Positions 1 through 9,158 of a DNA stretch of 24,991 nt are shown piece after piece. Source of the stretch: an uncultured bacterium (GTDB taxonomy: Bacteria > SAR324 > NAC60-12); contig CBFIGY010000038.1 in assembly GCA_965662235.1 (NCBI GenBank), positions 1-24,991 on the forward strand, read 5' to 3'. Under the pieces are notes generated by a model. It did not search any database. It was not told the DNA's origin and saw only the letters and a program-made list of their open reading frames with translations. The number at the start of each line of letters is the position of its first letter. The stretch's first letter is position 1. Position numbers and translations under genes: made by a program.

Positions 1-121
1 TCAGCGCCGAAGGGAACCGAAGAGCGGCCTCCCCACTTCCCTAGTCGGAGCCAAAGGCAGCCCTCCGTATTTTTCCGGATATGATTCTTATTCTGTCAGA
101 ATCCGTCAGTATTTGTCAGAA

Positions 122-135
122 GTAACTGTTCAGCA
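122..135. repeat. IS66 terminal inverted repeat (downstream of transposase)
   Basis: GTAACTGTTCAGCA is the exact reverse complement of 1647-1660. Confidence 0.92.
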
Positions 136-142
136 GGGGGGC

Positions 143-1582
143 TCAGGGAGCGAACTTGAGGGGGAGTTCTTGGCCGAGGAAGAGGCTCTCGAGCGCGTTG
201 AGAATGGGTTGGTTCTGCTTTTTGAGGGAAGAGCAGCAGGCGCGAATGACGGCAAAGTGCTGGGCTCCCTGAAAGGAGCGGAAGGTACCGATGGTCTTGA
301 GTTTGACCTTGGGCATGCGGACTTCACGCTCTGAGTCGTTGTTGGTGAAAGGGACTCTGGGGTCGCTCATGAACCGCAGAACCTCTTCTTTGTGTTGGTC
401 GAGTCGAGTGATGAGGTTGACGGTGCTGGTTTGCGGCGTCTTCCCTGGGCATCCGTCTGGGGGCACCCTTGGGTTGAGCTTTCGAGCGGTTTCCAGCAGC
501 TGGTCATATTCGTCTCGGAACTGCTGTTGGGCTTGGTCAGAGAGCCCGTCGGGGTGCCTGTAAGTTTCCCTGAGAATCCTGAGGAGGAGTTGGCTCATCT
601 CCAAAGCCCAAGCTTGCTCGTTGACCTCATGTTCAAACTTGAGTTGACGGAGGTGGTGGGCGTTGCACAGGGCGTGCGTGCAGGAGTAGTGCTGATAGCT
701 GGTAAACCCATCGTGCACCAAGACGCCTTGATATCCGGAGATGAGTCCAAACTCATCGAAGGCGCTGCGCCCACGCTTTCGGTGGACTCCCAGCCAAGTC
801 AACCGAGCGCTGACCAAGACGTGCAGCCAGGCTCTTCCCTTGGCACGCAGGCCACTTTCGTCGGCACCGAGAACCGGGCTGTTGAGCAAGGCCGCTGCGA
901 TCTTTTCGCAGATCGGCTCGAGCTTCGAAGCCGCCTCGGCGACCCAATTGATCAGGCTCGCTCCCGAGGGACGAGTGCCGCAGAGACTCTCCAGCAGCTC
1001 GCAGGTGCGGGCCACCGGAATCATGTGGTGCTGGTGCAACCCGACGGCGAGGGCCTTGAACCGAGGGCCATACTGCACCGGCGATTTCAGGGAGGCTGGG
1101 TGAGACGCCACCTGAGGCTTGGCACAGCGGCACCGTCCGCGCCAAATGCGATGCTCGGTGACCTTGATCGGTAGCGCAGGCAGCTCAAAAACCTGGCGGG
1201 CTTCATAGTCCTGAGCCTCGATCGGAGCCCCACAGGTTTCACAGGTGCACTCCAGCAGGTGATCCACGATGTGATCCGGTACCTCGACCTGCTCGCGGCG
1301 GTGACCTTGGTGTCCCGGAACTCCACCGGCAGGACGGTCACTGCGTTCGCGCAGCGTCCGTGTCTTCTTACGAAGACCATCGCTCGAAGGAGGCTTGGAC
1401 GAGTTGTGACTGTCTTTGGCCTGTTGGCCACGAAGCCGGTCCATTTCAGCCTTCAGAGCCTTGTTCTCTGCTCGCAAGACGGCGACTTCCTGGCGCAGGG
1501 CCTGGACGTTTTTGAAGAGCTGATGAATGGTGTCGTCTTTCTCAGCGGGGGAAAGCCGGCTGAGGTCAGGAAGGTGTTTCAT
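143..1582 (-). CDS. IS66-family DDE transposase
   Basis: Coiled-coil N-terminus, NSSKPPSSD motif, GGVPGHQG, Zn-finger CETC...CRC, putative catalytic ADES / VHDG / TNNDSER, LCNAHHLR. Start set at ATG 1582 (MKHLPDL); ORF track extends to 1630. Confidence 0.93.
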   Translation of the reverse strand: MKHLPDLSRLSPAEKDDTIHQLFKNVQALRQEVAVLRAENKALKAEMDRLRGQQAKDSHNSSKPPSSDGLRKKTRTLRERSDRPAGGVPGHQGHRREQVEVPDHIVDHLLECTCETCGAPIEAQDYEARQVFELPALPIKVTEHRIWRGRCRCAKPQVASHPASLKSPVQYGPRFKALAVGLHQHHMIPVARTCELLESLCGTRPSGASLINWVAEAASKLEPICEKIAAALLNSPVLGADESGLRAKGRAWLHVLVSARLTWLGVHRKRGRSAFDEFGLISGYQGVLVHDGFTSYQHYSCTHALCNAHHLRQLKFEHEVNEQAWALEMSQLLLRILRETYRHPDGLSDQAQQQFRDEYDQLLETARKLNPRVPPDGCPGKTPQTSTVNLITRLDQHKEEVLRFMSDPRVPFTNNDSEREVRMPKVKLKTIGTFRSFQGAQHFAVIRACCSSLKKQNQPILNALESLFLGQELPLKFAP

Positions 1583-1646
1583 AGCTGGCTTATCGGCAGA
1601 TCGCCCTTTTTCTTGAGCCCTCCCTCTCACAGAGCAGGGGAGGGGG

Positions 1647-1660
1647 TGCTGAACAGTTAC
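1647..1660. repeat. IS66 terminal inverted repeat (upstream of transposase)
   Basis: TGCTGAACAGTTAC is the exact reverse complement of 122-135. Confidence 0.92.
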
Positions 1661-1755
1661 TACAAAAAATATTCCGGTGCCTCTGCTGCTCAGCGCCTCC
1701 TTTGGAAGGGAAACAGGAGGAGAAGAGGGGGCGAGGTGGCAAAAACTGCCCAGGG

Positions 1756-4359
1756 TCAGACTGCCGGAGGAGGCACGAGCGGATCGCCACCACGGAAGCG
1801 CTCATACTGCGCCTGCAGGTACGACTCTCGGGATTCCGGAAAGGGGGCCTCGCGGACGGCTTGCCGCAGCACCTCAATGGCCTTGGACGCGTCTCCGTTC
1901 TGAAACCAGGCCTCTGCAAGGGTATCCCAGTGGTCAATCGAACCCTCCTGCGCGACCGCTTGCTCGGCAAGCTTCAGGGCACGCTCCGGTCGACGCTGGG
2001 TCCGGTCTGGATGCGTGAGGTAGATCCAGGCCAGGTTGTTCAGGATCATGGGGTGGTTGGGATGCTGCTCCAGCAGCGCTTCATAAAGGGGAATCGTCGC
2101 TGCCTCCTGACCGGCATGAGTCAAGGCGATCGCCTGACGCAGCAGGGCCCAGGTCGCTTGTGGGTGCAGGGTGAGCAACTCCGCGTAACGCTTTGCCGCC
2201 TCGCCGGGTTGGTCGGAGCGTTCCAGCACCAGCGCTGTCCGGGCGAGCACCCAGGGGCGGAGGGCTTCCGGAAGGTCCGGATGAGCGAGCACGGTCGCAT
2301 AGGCTGCTGCCGCCGCCGCCGGCTCTGCCTCCTGCCGAACGGCCTCGGCAAACTGTTGCCACGGCGCAGAGCCATTTTTTAAGGAGCTCGATTCACGGGC
2401 GGTCACCTGCTGCAACGCCCCGTGCAGGACCTGCAAAGCGGCTGAAGCAGAGGCCTCCAAAGACTCCGGAAAAGCTGGTTCCGGGAGGTTCTCAATCAAA
2501 GCAGACCACGCTTGCTGAACCCGTGGGTCGCCTCCAAACCACGCCTGCTGCTGCTCTTCCGGAAGCTGAAGGACCAGCTGCAAAAGAGGCCACAGGTTGG
2601 CGCCGGACGTTTCCAAAGAACGCATCAGCGTCTGTTTGGCGGCTTCGGGCTCATTCAGGTGATGCTGCAAAACCGCGAGCTCATTGAGCAGGTCTTCATT
2701 TTGCGGAAACCGATTCTGCAGCGACTCCAGTAGCGTTAGCGCCTGCGTCCACTGGCGTTCCCCCCGGAGGCGTTCGACTTCCAGCAGCTGCAGCGGGAGC
2801 GACTCCGGAAAGCGAGGAGCCGCCTGCGCAACATAGGCGTAAAACGCACGAGCGCTGCCATGCTGACGAAGCCACTGGGCCTGCTGCAGAGCCCCCCACT
2901 CCGAGTCCGGCTCCTCCTTGAGGAAAATCGACAGCTCTGCTTCTAGGGCTCCGGAACGGGCCTCCTGCCGGAACAGTTCAATGAGCTGCATCCGGGCCAG
3001 CTGCGCCTGCGGATCTAGCTGGAGCGCCTGCCGGAAGTCCTGCTCGGCTTGAGGCAGATTGTCGGAGAGCCGAGAGAGGCGCCCAAGCTGAATGAAAAAA
3101 TCGGCCTGCGTTTTGGAGCCGGGAAGCTCCTCAAAAGCGGTCCGGGCGGCCTCATAACGTCCACGTCGATCCAAGAACTGCGCGAGCTCCAGCCGCAGCG
3201 TGGGGACGTCCGGAAACAGCGCCACTCCCTGCTCCAGCGTTTGCTGAATGGCATCAAAGCGCAGCTCCGCCCAGTGCAGCTCCAGCAGACGCCGGAGCAC
3301 AGGCAGAGACGGCTCTTGCTTCAGCAGCGCCTCGTAACGCGTCCGGGCTTCTTCCAGACGCCCGAGCTGCTCATCTGCGAGCGCAAGCTGCTGCAGCGCC
3401 CAAGGCGTCTCAGGCTCTTCCTGCAGCCCCGTTTCCAACGCTTGCTTGGCCTCTTCCGGTCGGCCCTGTTCCAGCAGCAAGCCTCCCAACCGAAACCACC
3501 CCCACGCGTACTGAGGAGACGCTTCGAGCGCTTGCCGGAAGCCAGCCTCCGCTGCTTCGGGACGTCCGGTCCGGTGCAGGAACTCGGCGTGATGGGCAAG
3601 GGTCCAGGCTCGGTCCGGAGCAATGCGCTTGAGGTGCTCCAACGCCTGCTGCAACCCCTCGACCGAGTCCGGATCCTGGGGATTGAGGAGGCGCTCCTGC
3701 ACCGTGATGTAGCGGCGCAGAAATTCTTCTGACTCCGGAGCCCGCTCCACCGCATGACGGAGCGATTCCAGGGCCCGGTTCCACTCGCCTTGGCGTTCCC
3801 AGAGGCGCCCGAGTTCCGCCCAGGCCTCCGGATTTCCGTCATCCAGGCGCACGGCTTCCACCAGCGCCTCCTGAGCAGGCGTGAAGCGGTTTTCCTGCAG
3901 ATTCAGCAAGCCATAGAGCAGGAAGACGTTCGCTTGGTTGCTTCCACCGTCCAGCAATCGCTCCAGTTGAGCCCGGGCTTCTGCTCGTTTCCCAGCACGC
4001 ATCAGCAGCTGGGCGTAGTCCAGCCGCAGGTCGTCATCGTCTGGAGTTTCCTCCAACAAGGCTTCATACACCAGCAGCGCCTGTGGAACGTTCCGGGCGG
4101 CCAACAGGTTGGCCTTGAGCCGCCGGATCAGCGATGACTCCGGAACCCGCTGGTGCCCAATTTCTAGGACGCTCAGGGCATCTTCAAAACGCCGCTCTGA
4201 ACGATACAGGTCCGCCAGCCGGACGTAGCCATGTTCATTTTCAGGAGCAATGCGAATGGCCGCCTGCAGGCGCCCTTCCTGAGTCTCAGGAGCCGGACGG
4301 ACCAGGCAGCCGCCCAGAGTGAAAAGGAGCAGGAGGAGGGGAAGGAGGCGATGACGCAT
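1756..4359 (-). CDS. Tetratricopeptide-repeat lipoprotein (867 aa)
   Basis: Signal peptide with lipobox (MRHRLLPLLLLLFTLGG-C). Many TPR units (AWAELGRLW...A...L...AVERAPE; LGRL...AEQDFRQALQLDP) and a C-terminal ILNNLAWIYLT...DTLAEAWFQNG motif. Confidence 0.88.
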   Translation of the reverse strand: MRHRLLPLLLLLFTLGGCLVRPAPETQEGRLQAAIRIAPENEHGYVRLADLYRSERRFEDALSVLEIGHQRVPESSLIRRLKANLLAARNVPQALLVYEALLEETPDDDDLRLDYAQLLMRAGKRAEARAQLERLLDGGSNQANVFLLYGLLNLQENRFTPAQEALVEAVRLDDGNPEAWAELGRLWERQGEWNRALESLRHAVERAPESEEFLRRYITVQERLLNPQDPDSVEGLQQALEHLKRIAPDRAWTLAHHAEFLHRTGRPEAAEAGFRQALEASPQYAWGWFRLGGLLLEQGRPEEAKQALETGLQEEPETPWALQQLALADEQLGRLEEARTRYEALLKQEPSLPVLRRLLELHWAELRFDAIQQTLEQGVALFPDVPTLRLELAQFLDRRGRYEAARTAFEELPGSKTQADFFIQLGRLSRLSDNLPQAEQDFRQALQLDPQAQLARMQLIELFRQEARSGALEAELSIFLKEEPDSEWGALQQAQWLRQHGSARAFYAYVAQAAPRFPESLPLQLLEVERLRGERQWTQALTLLESLQNRFPQNEDLLNELAVLQHHLNEPEAAKQTLMRSLETSGANLWPLLQLVLQLPEEQQQAWFGGDPRVQQAWSALIENLPEPAFPESLEASASAALQVLHGALQQVTARESSSLKNGSAPWQQFAEAVRQEAEPAAAAAAYATVLAHPDLPEALRPWVLARTALVLERSDQPGEAAKRYAELLTLHPQATWALLRQAIALTHAGQEAATIPLYEALLEQHPNHPMILNNLAWIYLTHPDRTQRRPERALKLAEQAVAQEGSIDHWDTLAEAWFQNGDASKAIEVLRQAVREAPFPESRESYLQAQYERFRGGDPLVPPPAV

Positions 4360-4537
4360 GATGATTTTGCACAGTGAGGGAGGGCAAGGAACTTCAATGC
4401 CATCAGTAAAAGCGACGTTGCCTCAAGACTCAAGTGTCAGGGTTTTGCCTTGCCGCTTTCCCGGAGTTGCCCAACTCTGAAGGAGACCGCTTTCCACTGA
4501 CATGGAACCCCCTTGACTCATGACATTAGGAGATCGC

Positions 4538-5062
4538 ATGCAGGCTCAGACCCGCTGGCAGGGAGCCCTTCGTTTTGGTTTTTGGCTCCTTTGGGCCTTG
4601 ATGATCGGAGGCGTGGCTTCCGCTGGAATTCTGGCGCCCTTGGGGTTCCGGACGGTTCCAGAGCTCCTGCCTCCGGAGGCGGCATCTCAGTCGCATGCGG
4701 TGATCAGCCTGCTGTTCACGCTGTTCTTTGAACGCTTCTTTGCGGCCTGCGTGTGGGGCTTTGCGCTGCTGGCGGTGCTGGAGCAGCAGACGGCGTGGCA
4801 GGAGTGGCACACCGCCCCCAAGCGGGTGCTCCTGCGGCAAGGCTGGCTGCTGGCTGGGCTGGGAGTGTGGGCGTGGCTGGGCTATGGCCTGGTTCCGGAG
4901 ATGGCTGCAGCAGTGCAGGATCCATCACGTTGGGGACAGGCTGAGGTTCGAGAAGCCTTCCGGGCCATGCATGAGTCGAGTGGCATCTGGGTGCAGGCGG
5001 GAACCTTCCTGACGCTGCTGCTGCCGTGGGTGTCCGGAGTTTCCGGGCTGCGGTCGCGTTAA
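4538..5062 (+). CDS. DUF4149/TMEM205-like integral membrane protein
   Basis: About four hydrophobic segments, LAPLGF after the first, and VPEM...AFRAMHESS resembling the DUF4149 F-x-x-x-H-x-x-S motif. AGGAG RBS (4528-4532) supports ATG 4538. Overlaps the convergent kinase stop in TTAA. Confidence 0.7.
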   Translation: MQAQTRWQGALRFGFWLLWALMIGGVASAGILAPLGFRTVPELLPPEAASQSHAVISLLFTLFFERFFAACVWGFALLAVLEQQTAWQEWHTAPKRVLLRQGWLLAGLGVWAWLGYGLVPEMAAAVQDPSRWGQAEVREAFRAMHESSGIWVQAGTFLTLLLPWVSGVSGLRSR

Positions 5063-6888
5063 GCCGAGGTCCCGGAACCCGAGGCGGTCCCTGATTCCGG
5101 AAGCGGAAGGACCAGGGTGAAGGTGGCCCCGTGCCCAGGGGTGGAGTGGCAGCTGATGCGCCCTCCGAGCCCCTCGATGATCTTGCGGACAATGGCGAGC
5201 CCAAGCCCGGTTCCCTTGCCGGTGGGCTTGGTGGTAAAGAAGGAATTGAAGATCTGGTCCTGCAGCTCTAGGGGAATGCCGGGACCGTTGTCGCTGACCT
5301 GAAGGTGGACCTCTGCCTCCTGCACCTCTGCAGAGAGCGTGATCTGTGCGTCAGGTTGTCCCGCAAGCGCATCCTTGGCGTTGTTGAGGAGGTTCAGGAA
5401 CACCTGCTCCAGCTGGCCGGGTGCGCCTTCCAGGACCGGGAGGTCGTCTGGAAGGGCATTGTGGAAGGTGATGTTCTGGTTCTTCAGGGCCTTGTTGACC
5501 AAAAGGAGGGCGCCATTCAGAGGCTCCTGGAGGGTGAACAGCCGTTGCTCCTCCGTGGCATCCTGCCGCCCAAAGGTCCGGAGGTGGTCCACAATCTCGC
5601 TGATCCGCTGCACCTGTGTCAGTCCGTCCCGGAGGTCCCGGGCAAATTCCTCAGGCTCCGGCATCTGGTCCTCCTCGTCTAGGTCTTCCTTCCAGAGCTG
5701 AAAGACGCTCTTGAGGAAGGTGAGGGGGTTGTTGACCTCATGGGCGACACTGGTCGCCAGTTCCCCGAGCGCTGCGAGCTTCGCCTGCTGCAGCATCCGG
5801 TAGTCGGCCTCGCGTTGCACCGCTTCAATTTCCTTGGCCACCAGCGCCTCCTGGTACTGCTCCTCCAGCTGGTGCCGTTCTGTGATGTCAGAGGTGGTAC
5901 CCCGGTAGCCTTGGAACCGTCCCTGATCATCGTAAATCGGTTTTCCACTCACCCGGACCCACCTGCCGGAAGGCTGCTGGTACTCGAAGTCTCGGAAATT
6001 TTCCTGGGCGTCCAGTTGCGCCAAATGGGTGTCCCACTTCTCTCCTTCTTCCGATGCCGCTTTCAGCTCATAGCGGGTCCGCCCCAGCAGGTCTCCTCCG
6101 GGAAGGTTCGGGTCCCGGGTCTGGACCCAGTTGAACCGGTGCCGCGGATCGGTTTCCCAGAAGATGTCACTGGACACATCGGCAAAGTCAAACAACCGCT
6201 CCTGAGTCTTCTGCAGCGCCTGGTTGAGCTGCAGCAGCTGCGTGTTCTTGGCCGAAAGCTCGGCATTGACCTCTTCCAGGCGGTGGTTGGCCTGCTGCAG
6301 GCTGCCGTAGGCGTGGCTGACCTCTTCCAGAAGAATGTTGATCAGGGGAACGATCGCCTGCGAGTACGAGGGCTCCAGCTGGTCCGGAAGCCGAACCGTG
6401 TAGTCTCCTGTCGCAAAACGGACCATGTACTGCAGGAACTCGTCACGATCGGTCTCGTCGGTGCCAATCGTTTCCGGAGGCGAGGAACGCGATTGGGGAT
6501 TTCGCAGCCAGCAGAGCGCGTCATCGAGGTTGTCAAAGATGCGGTTGGGGAAGGGGAACGAGAGGATCTGCTGGTGGAAGGCCGCTCGGTAGCGTTCCTT
6601 GGGGGACGTCAGGTAGAGCGCAGCCGCATTGATCATCTGGAGAACTTGTTTTTGGGTGATCTGCTGGCGGATCTGGGGAATCTGAGGCGCGTTGTCAAGG
6701 ATCAGCAGCGCGGCGGGAAGGGTGATGCCCGGCAACCGGTTGATGGCTCGGATGAACTCTTCGAAGTCTTCAGCAGTGCCTACTAGATCCGGAATGTGCT
6801 GGACGCAGACAATTCCCGGTTCATGGATCCAAAGCCTTGCGGTCCGGGTCTCCACAACCGCGTGGCCGGGAGGGGGCAGAGAGCCCAT
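5059..6888 (-). CDS. Cytoplasmic PAS/PAC sensor histidine kinase
   Basis: PAS/PAC (SDIFWETD...VSGKPIYDDQGRFQGYRGTTSDITER), H-box AHEVNNPL, N-box QVFLNLLNNAKDA, G1 DNGPG, F-box FFTTK, G2 GTGLGL. No TM helix seen; AAGGA RBS upstream. Confidence 0.93.
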   Translation of the reverse strand: MGSLPPPGHAVVETRTARLWIHEPGIVCVQHIPDLVGTAEDFEEFIRAINRLPGITLPAALLILDNAPQIPQIRQQITQKQVLQMINAAALYLTSPKERYRAAFHQQILSFPFPNRIFDNLDDALCWLRNPQSRSSPPETIGTDETDRDEFLQYMVRFATGDYTVRLPDQLEPSYSQAIVPLINILLEEVSHAYGSLQQANHRLEEVNAELSAKNTQLLQLNQALQKTQERLFDFADVSSDIFWETDPRHRFNWVQTRDPNLPGGDLLGRTRYELKAASEEGEKWDTHLAQLDAQENFRDFEYQQPSGRWVRVSGKPIYDDQGRFQGYRGTTSDITERHQLEEQYQEALVAKEIEAVQREADYRMLQQAKLAALGELATSVAHEVNNPLTFLKSVFQLWKEDLDEEDQMPEPEEFARDLRDGLTQVQRISEIVDHLRTFGRQDATEEQRLFTLQEPLNGALLLVNKALKNQNITFHNALPDDLPVLEGAPGQLEQVFLNLLNNAKDALAGQPDAQITLSAEVQEAEVHLQVSDNGPGIPLELQDQIFNSFFTTKPTGKGTGLGLAIVRKIIEGLGGRISCHSTPGHGATFTLVLPLPESGTASGSGTSA

Positions 6889-6914
6889 GGAGTTTTTTCC
6901 TTCAGAAAAATAAA

Positions 6915-6927
6915 TGACTCAGAGTCA
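6915..6927. promoter_or_regulatory. Palindromic putative operator TGACTC-A-GAGTCA
   Basis: Perfect 6-1-6 inverted repeat between the putative promoter and the kinase RBS. Confidence 0.4.
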
Positions 6928-6981
6928 GAAAATTATTTTCCTAAATCTGATTCTTTTCAGGATAGATAAAATGGTCTTTTT

Positions 6982-7010
6982 AAGATAAACCGACCCCAAC
7001 TAGGAGTCAA
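6982..7010 (-). promoter_or_regulatory. Putative sigma70 promoter of the histidine kinase gene
   Basis: Minus strand TTGACT-17 nt-TATCTT in an AT-rich intergenic region about 95 nt upstream of the ATG. Confidence 0.6.
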
Positions 7011-7035
7011 CAGAAACCTGGCTTGCGGGACATTT

Positions 7036-7824
7036 TTAGGGGCGGGGGCGGTCGCAGGCGTCGATCAGGGACTCCAGGTGTTCCCGGTAGGCTGACTCGC
7101 CTCCTTCTTCCCAAGAACGGAGGAGGGCGGAGCCGACAATGGCGAGGTCGGCATGCCCATGGAGCTGCCGGATGTCTGCCGCAGTGGAGAGGCCAAATCC
7201 GAGCCCTAGGGGCAAGGGGGTGTGCTTGCGGCAGCGGTTGAGGAAGTCCGTGACTGAGGAGTCAAGCTGGGTTGACTTTCCGGTCACTCCCTTGCGCGCG
7301 ACGCAGTAAAGCATGCCGGCGCCATGTTCGCAGATCTCCTGCAGGCGTTTTTCCGTGTTGGTGGGAGTGCAGATGAGAATGGGGTGCAGTTCCCGTTGGC
7401 CGCTGAAAGAGGCGAGGTCGCCGAATTCTTCAAAAGGCAGGTCCGGAATGATGAACCCCACCCCACCGCTTTCGGAGAGCCGGGTGGTGAAGGTTTCGTA
7501 GCCCATCGCATACGCGGTGTTGGCGTACCCCATCATCAGCAGGGGAAAGTCAAAGGCGGCAGAAGCCTGTCGCATCAGCTCAAAGTAGTCCTGAGTGTGG
7601 ATGCCGTTGCGCAGGGCTTGCTCATTGGCCTGAACAAACAGGGGACCGTCCGCAATCGGTTCACTGAAGGGCATCTGCAGTTCCACCAGGTCCACCCCGA
7701 CCTCCTGCATGATTTCCAGCATCCGCCAGTTGGCATCAAGCGACGGGTAGCCCACGATGGCGTGGGTCATGAGGAGCACCCCTCGTTCTTGTTTGCGGTG
7801 ATGCAGGTAGTTTTGCAGGTTCAT
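7036..7824 (-). CDS. trpA: Tryptophan synthase alpha subunit
   Basis: VELQMPFSEPIADGP (catalytic Glu/Asp), LMMGYAN, IIPDLP, YCVARKGVTG, LGFGLS, AIVGSA. ATG 7824 lies 2 nt after the trpB stop. Confidence 0.96.
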   Translation of the reverse strand: MNLQNYLHHRKQERGVLLMTHAIVGYPSLDANWRMLEIMQEVGVDLVELQMPFSEPIADGPLFVQANEQALRNGIHTQDYFELMRQASAAFDFPLLMMGYANTAYAMGYETFTTRLSESGGVGFIIPDLPFEEFGDLASFSGQRELHPILICTPTNTEKRLQEICEHGAGMLYCVARKGVTGKSTQLDSSVTDFLNRCRKHTPLPLGLGFGLSTAADIRQLHGHADLAIVGSALLRSWEEGGESAYREHLESLIDACDRPRP

Positions 7825-7826
7825 GG

Positions 7827-9086
7827 TCAGGCGTGTGAGGAGGTGTCCAGTTGAGCGGCTTTCTGGCGGATGAACTCTTTCCATTTTTCATCGCCAATGG
7901 CCTCAGCGATGTTGAAGATGTCTTTGTCGCCTCGTCCGGAGAGGTTGAAGAGCACCGAGTCGCCTTGAGGCAGGTCGGTCATTTCATCGAGAATGGCGGC
8001 CAAGGCGTGGCTGCTTTCCAGCGCCGGAATGATGCCCTCCTTGCGGATGAGGAGCTTGGCGGCTTCAACCACCGCCTCGTCCGGAGCGGCCGTGAAGCGG
8101 ATGCGACCGGTGTCGGCAAGGTGGCTGAGAATGGGGCTGATGCCGACGTAGTCGAGTCCTGCCGAGATGGAATGCGTGTGCCGCATCTGCCCTTCCTCGT
8201 CTTGGAGAAAGTAGGTTTTGTACCCCTGAGCAATGCCGACGGTTCCTCCTGCCAGCCGTGCCGCATGCTCTCCGCTGGCCAGACCGTGTCCTCCGGCTTC
8301 CACCCCAACCAGCTCCACCCCACGGTCGTCCACAAACGGGAGAAAGATTCCGGAGGCGTTGGAGCCTCCGCCAACGCAGGCGTAGATGTGATCAGGCAGG
8401 TGTCCGGTGAGGGCACGGACCTGGTCACGGGCTTCATGCCCAATGATGGACTGGAACCACGACACCATCTCGGGAAAGGGGTGAGGGCCGCAGACGGTCC
8501 CGAGCACGTAGTGGGTGTCTTCCATGCTTTCGGTCCAGTCCCGCATGGCTGCGTTGATGGCATCTTTGAGCGTGGCTGTTCCTTCCGTGACCCCGATCAC
8601 CGTGGCGCCGAGTTGCTCCATCCAGAAGACGTTGGGACGCTGGCGCTCCACGTCTGTGGCGCCCATGTACACGGTGCACTCCAGCCCCAGCCGGGCGGCC
8701 ATGGTGGCCGTGGCAACGCCGTGCTGACCGGCTCCGGTCTCGGCAATCACCCGACGCTTGCCCATGCGCTGCACAAGCAGGCCCTGCCCCATGACATTGT
8801 TGGCCTTGTGAGCCCCGGTCTGGTTGAGGTCCTCCCGCTTGCAGAGCAGCTTCACCCGGCCCCCAAAGAACTGAGAGAGGTTGTTGAGCGGAGTCACTGG
8901 GGTGGGACGGCAGGAGTAGCTCTGCATCAGCTCCACATAGTCCCGCCAAAACTGAGGATCAGCCTTGGCTTGCTGAAAGGCGTCAATCAGCTCATCAAAC
9001 GTGGATCGCAGAATTTCGGGAATGAACATGCCTCCATACGGACCATAGAATCCGGTTTCGGTCGGCGTGACAGTGGGGCTGAGCAT
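7827..9086 (-). CDS. trpB: Tryptophan synthase beta subunit
   Basis: YGGMFIPE, KREDLNQTGAHKANN (PLP Lys), AETGAGQHGVATA, CVGGGSNA, SISAGLDY, EGIIPALESSHALA, NLSGRGDKD. Start set at ATG 9086. Confidence 0.97.
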   Translation of the reverse strand: MLSPTVTPTETGFYGPYGGMFIPEILRSTFDELIDAFQQAKADPQFWRDYVELMQSYSCRPTPVTPLNNLSQFFGGRVKLLCKREDLNQTGAHKANNVMGQGLLVQRMGKRRVIAETGAGQHGVATATMAARLGLECTVYMGATDVERQRPNVFWMEQLGATVIGVTEGTATLKDAINAAMRDWTESMEDTHYVLGTVCGPHPFPEMVSWFQSIIGHEARDQVRALTGHLPDHIYACVGGGSNASGIFLPFVDDRGVELVGVEAGGHGLASGEHAARLAGGTVGIAQGYKTYFLQDEEGQMRHTHSISAGLDYVGISPILSHLADTGRIRFTAAPDEAVVEAAKLLIRKEGIIPALESSHALAAILDEMTDLPQGDSVLFNLSGRGDKDIFNIAEAIGDEKWKEFIRQKAAQLDTSSHA

Positions 9087-9158
9087 CAGGCAATCACATG
9101 AAGGGGGAATCGGCGGAAACCGACACCCGGTTGACAAGGGGAGGAGGGAGCAAGGGCA

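Larger units (their letters stand above)
122..1660 (-). mobile_element. IS66-family insertion sequence, ISBst12-type (single ORF), 1539 bp
   Basis: Perfect 14-bp terminal inverted repeats GTAACTGTTCAGCA (122-135) / TGCTGAACAGTTAC (1647-1660) with the IS66-typical GTAA end, enclosing one transposase ORF. No accessory tnpA/tnpB ORFs and no target-site duplication visible. Confidence 0.93.

Noticed and set aside
1..66. Possible ncRNA, riboswitch or 17-aa minus-strand ORF (TTG 54 to 1 with GGAGG upstream)
   Set aside because: No recognisable tRNA or riboswitch consensus; too short and at the window edge.
7851..9101. 416-aa plus-strand ORF and similar long antisense ORFs (5740-6786, 9537-10649, 12921-14198, 15804-17390, 20468-21268, 23438-24244)
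   Set aside because: Shadow ORFs opposite well-supported genes in GC-rich DNA; no motifs.
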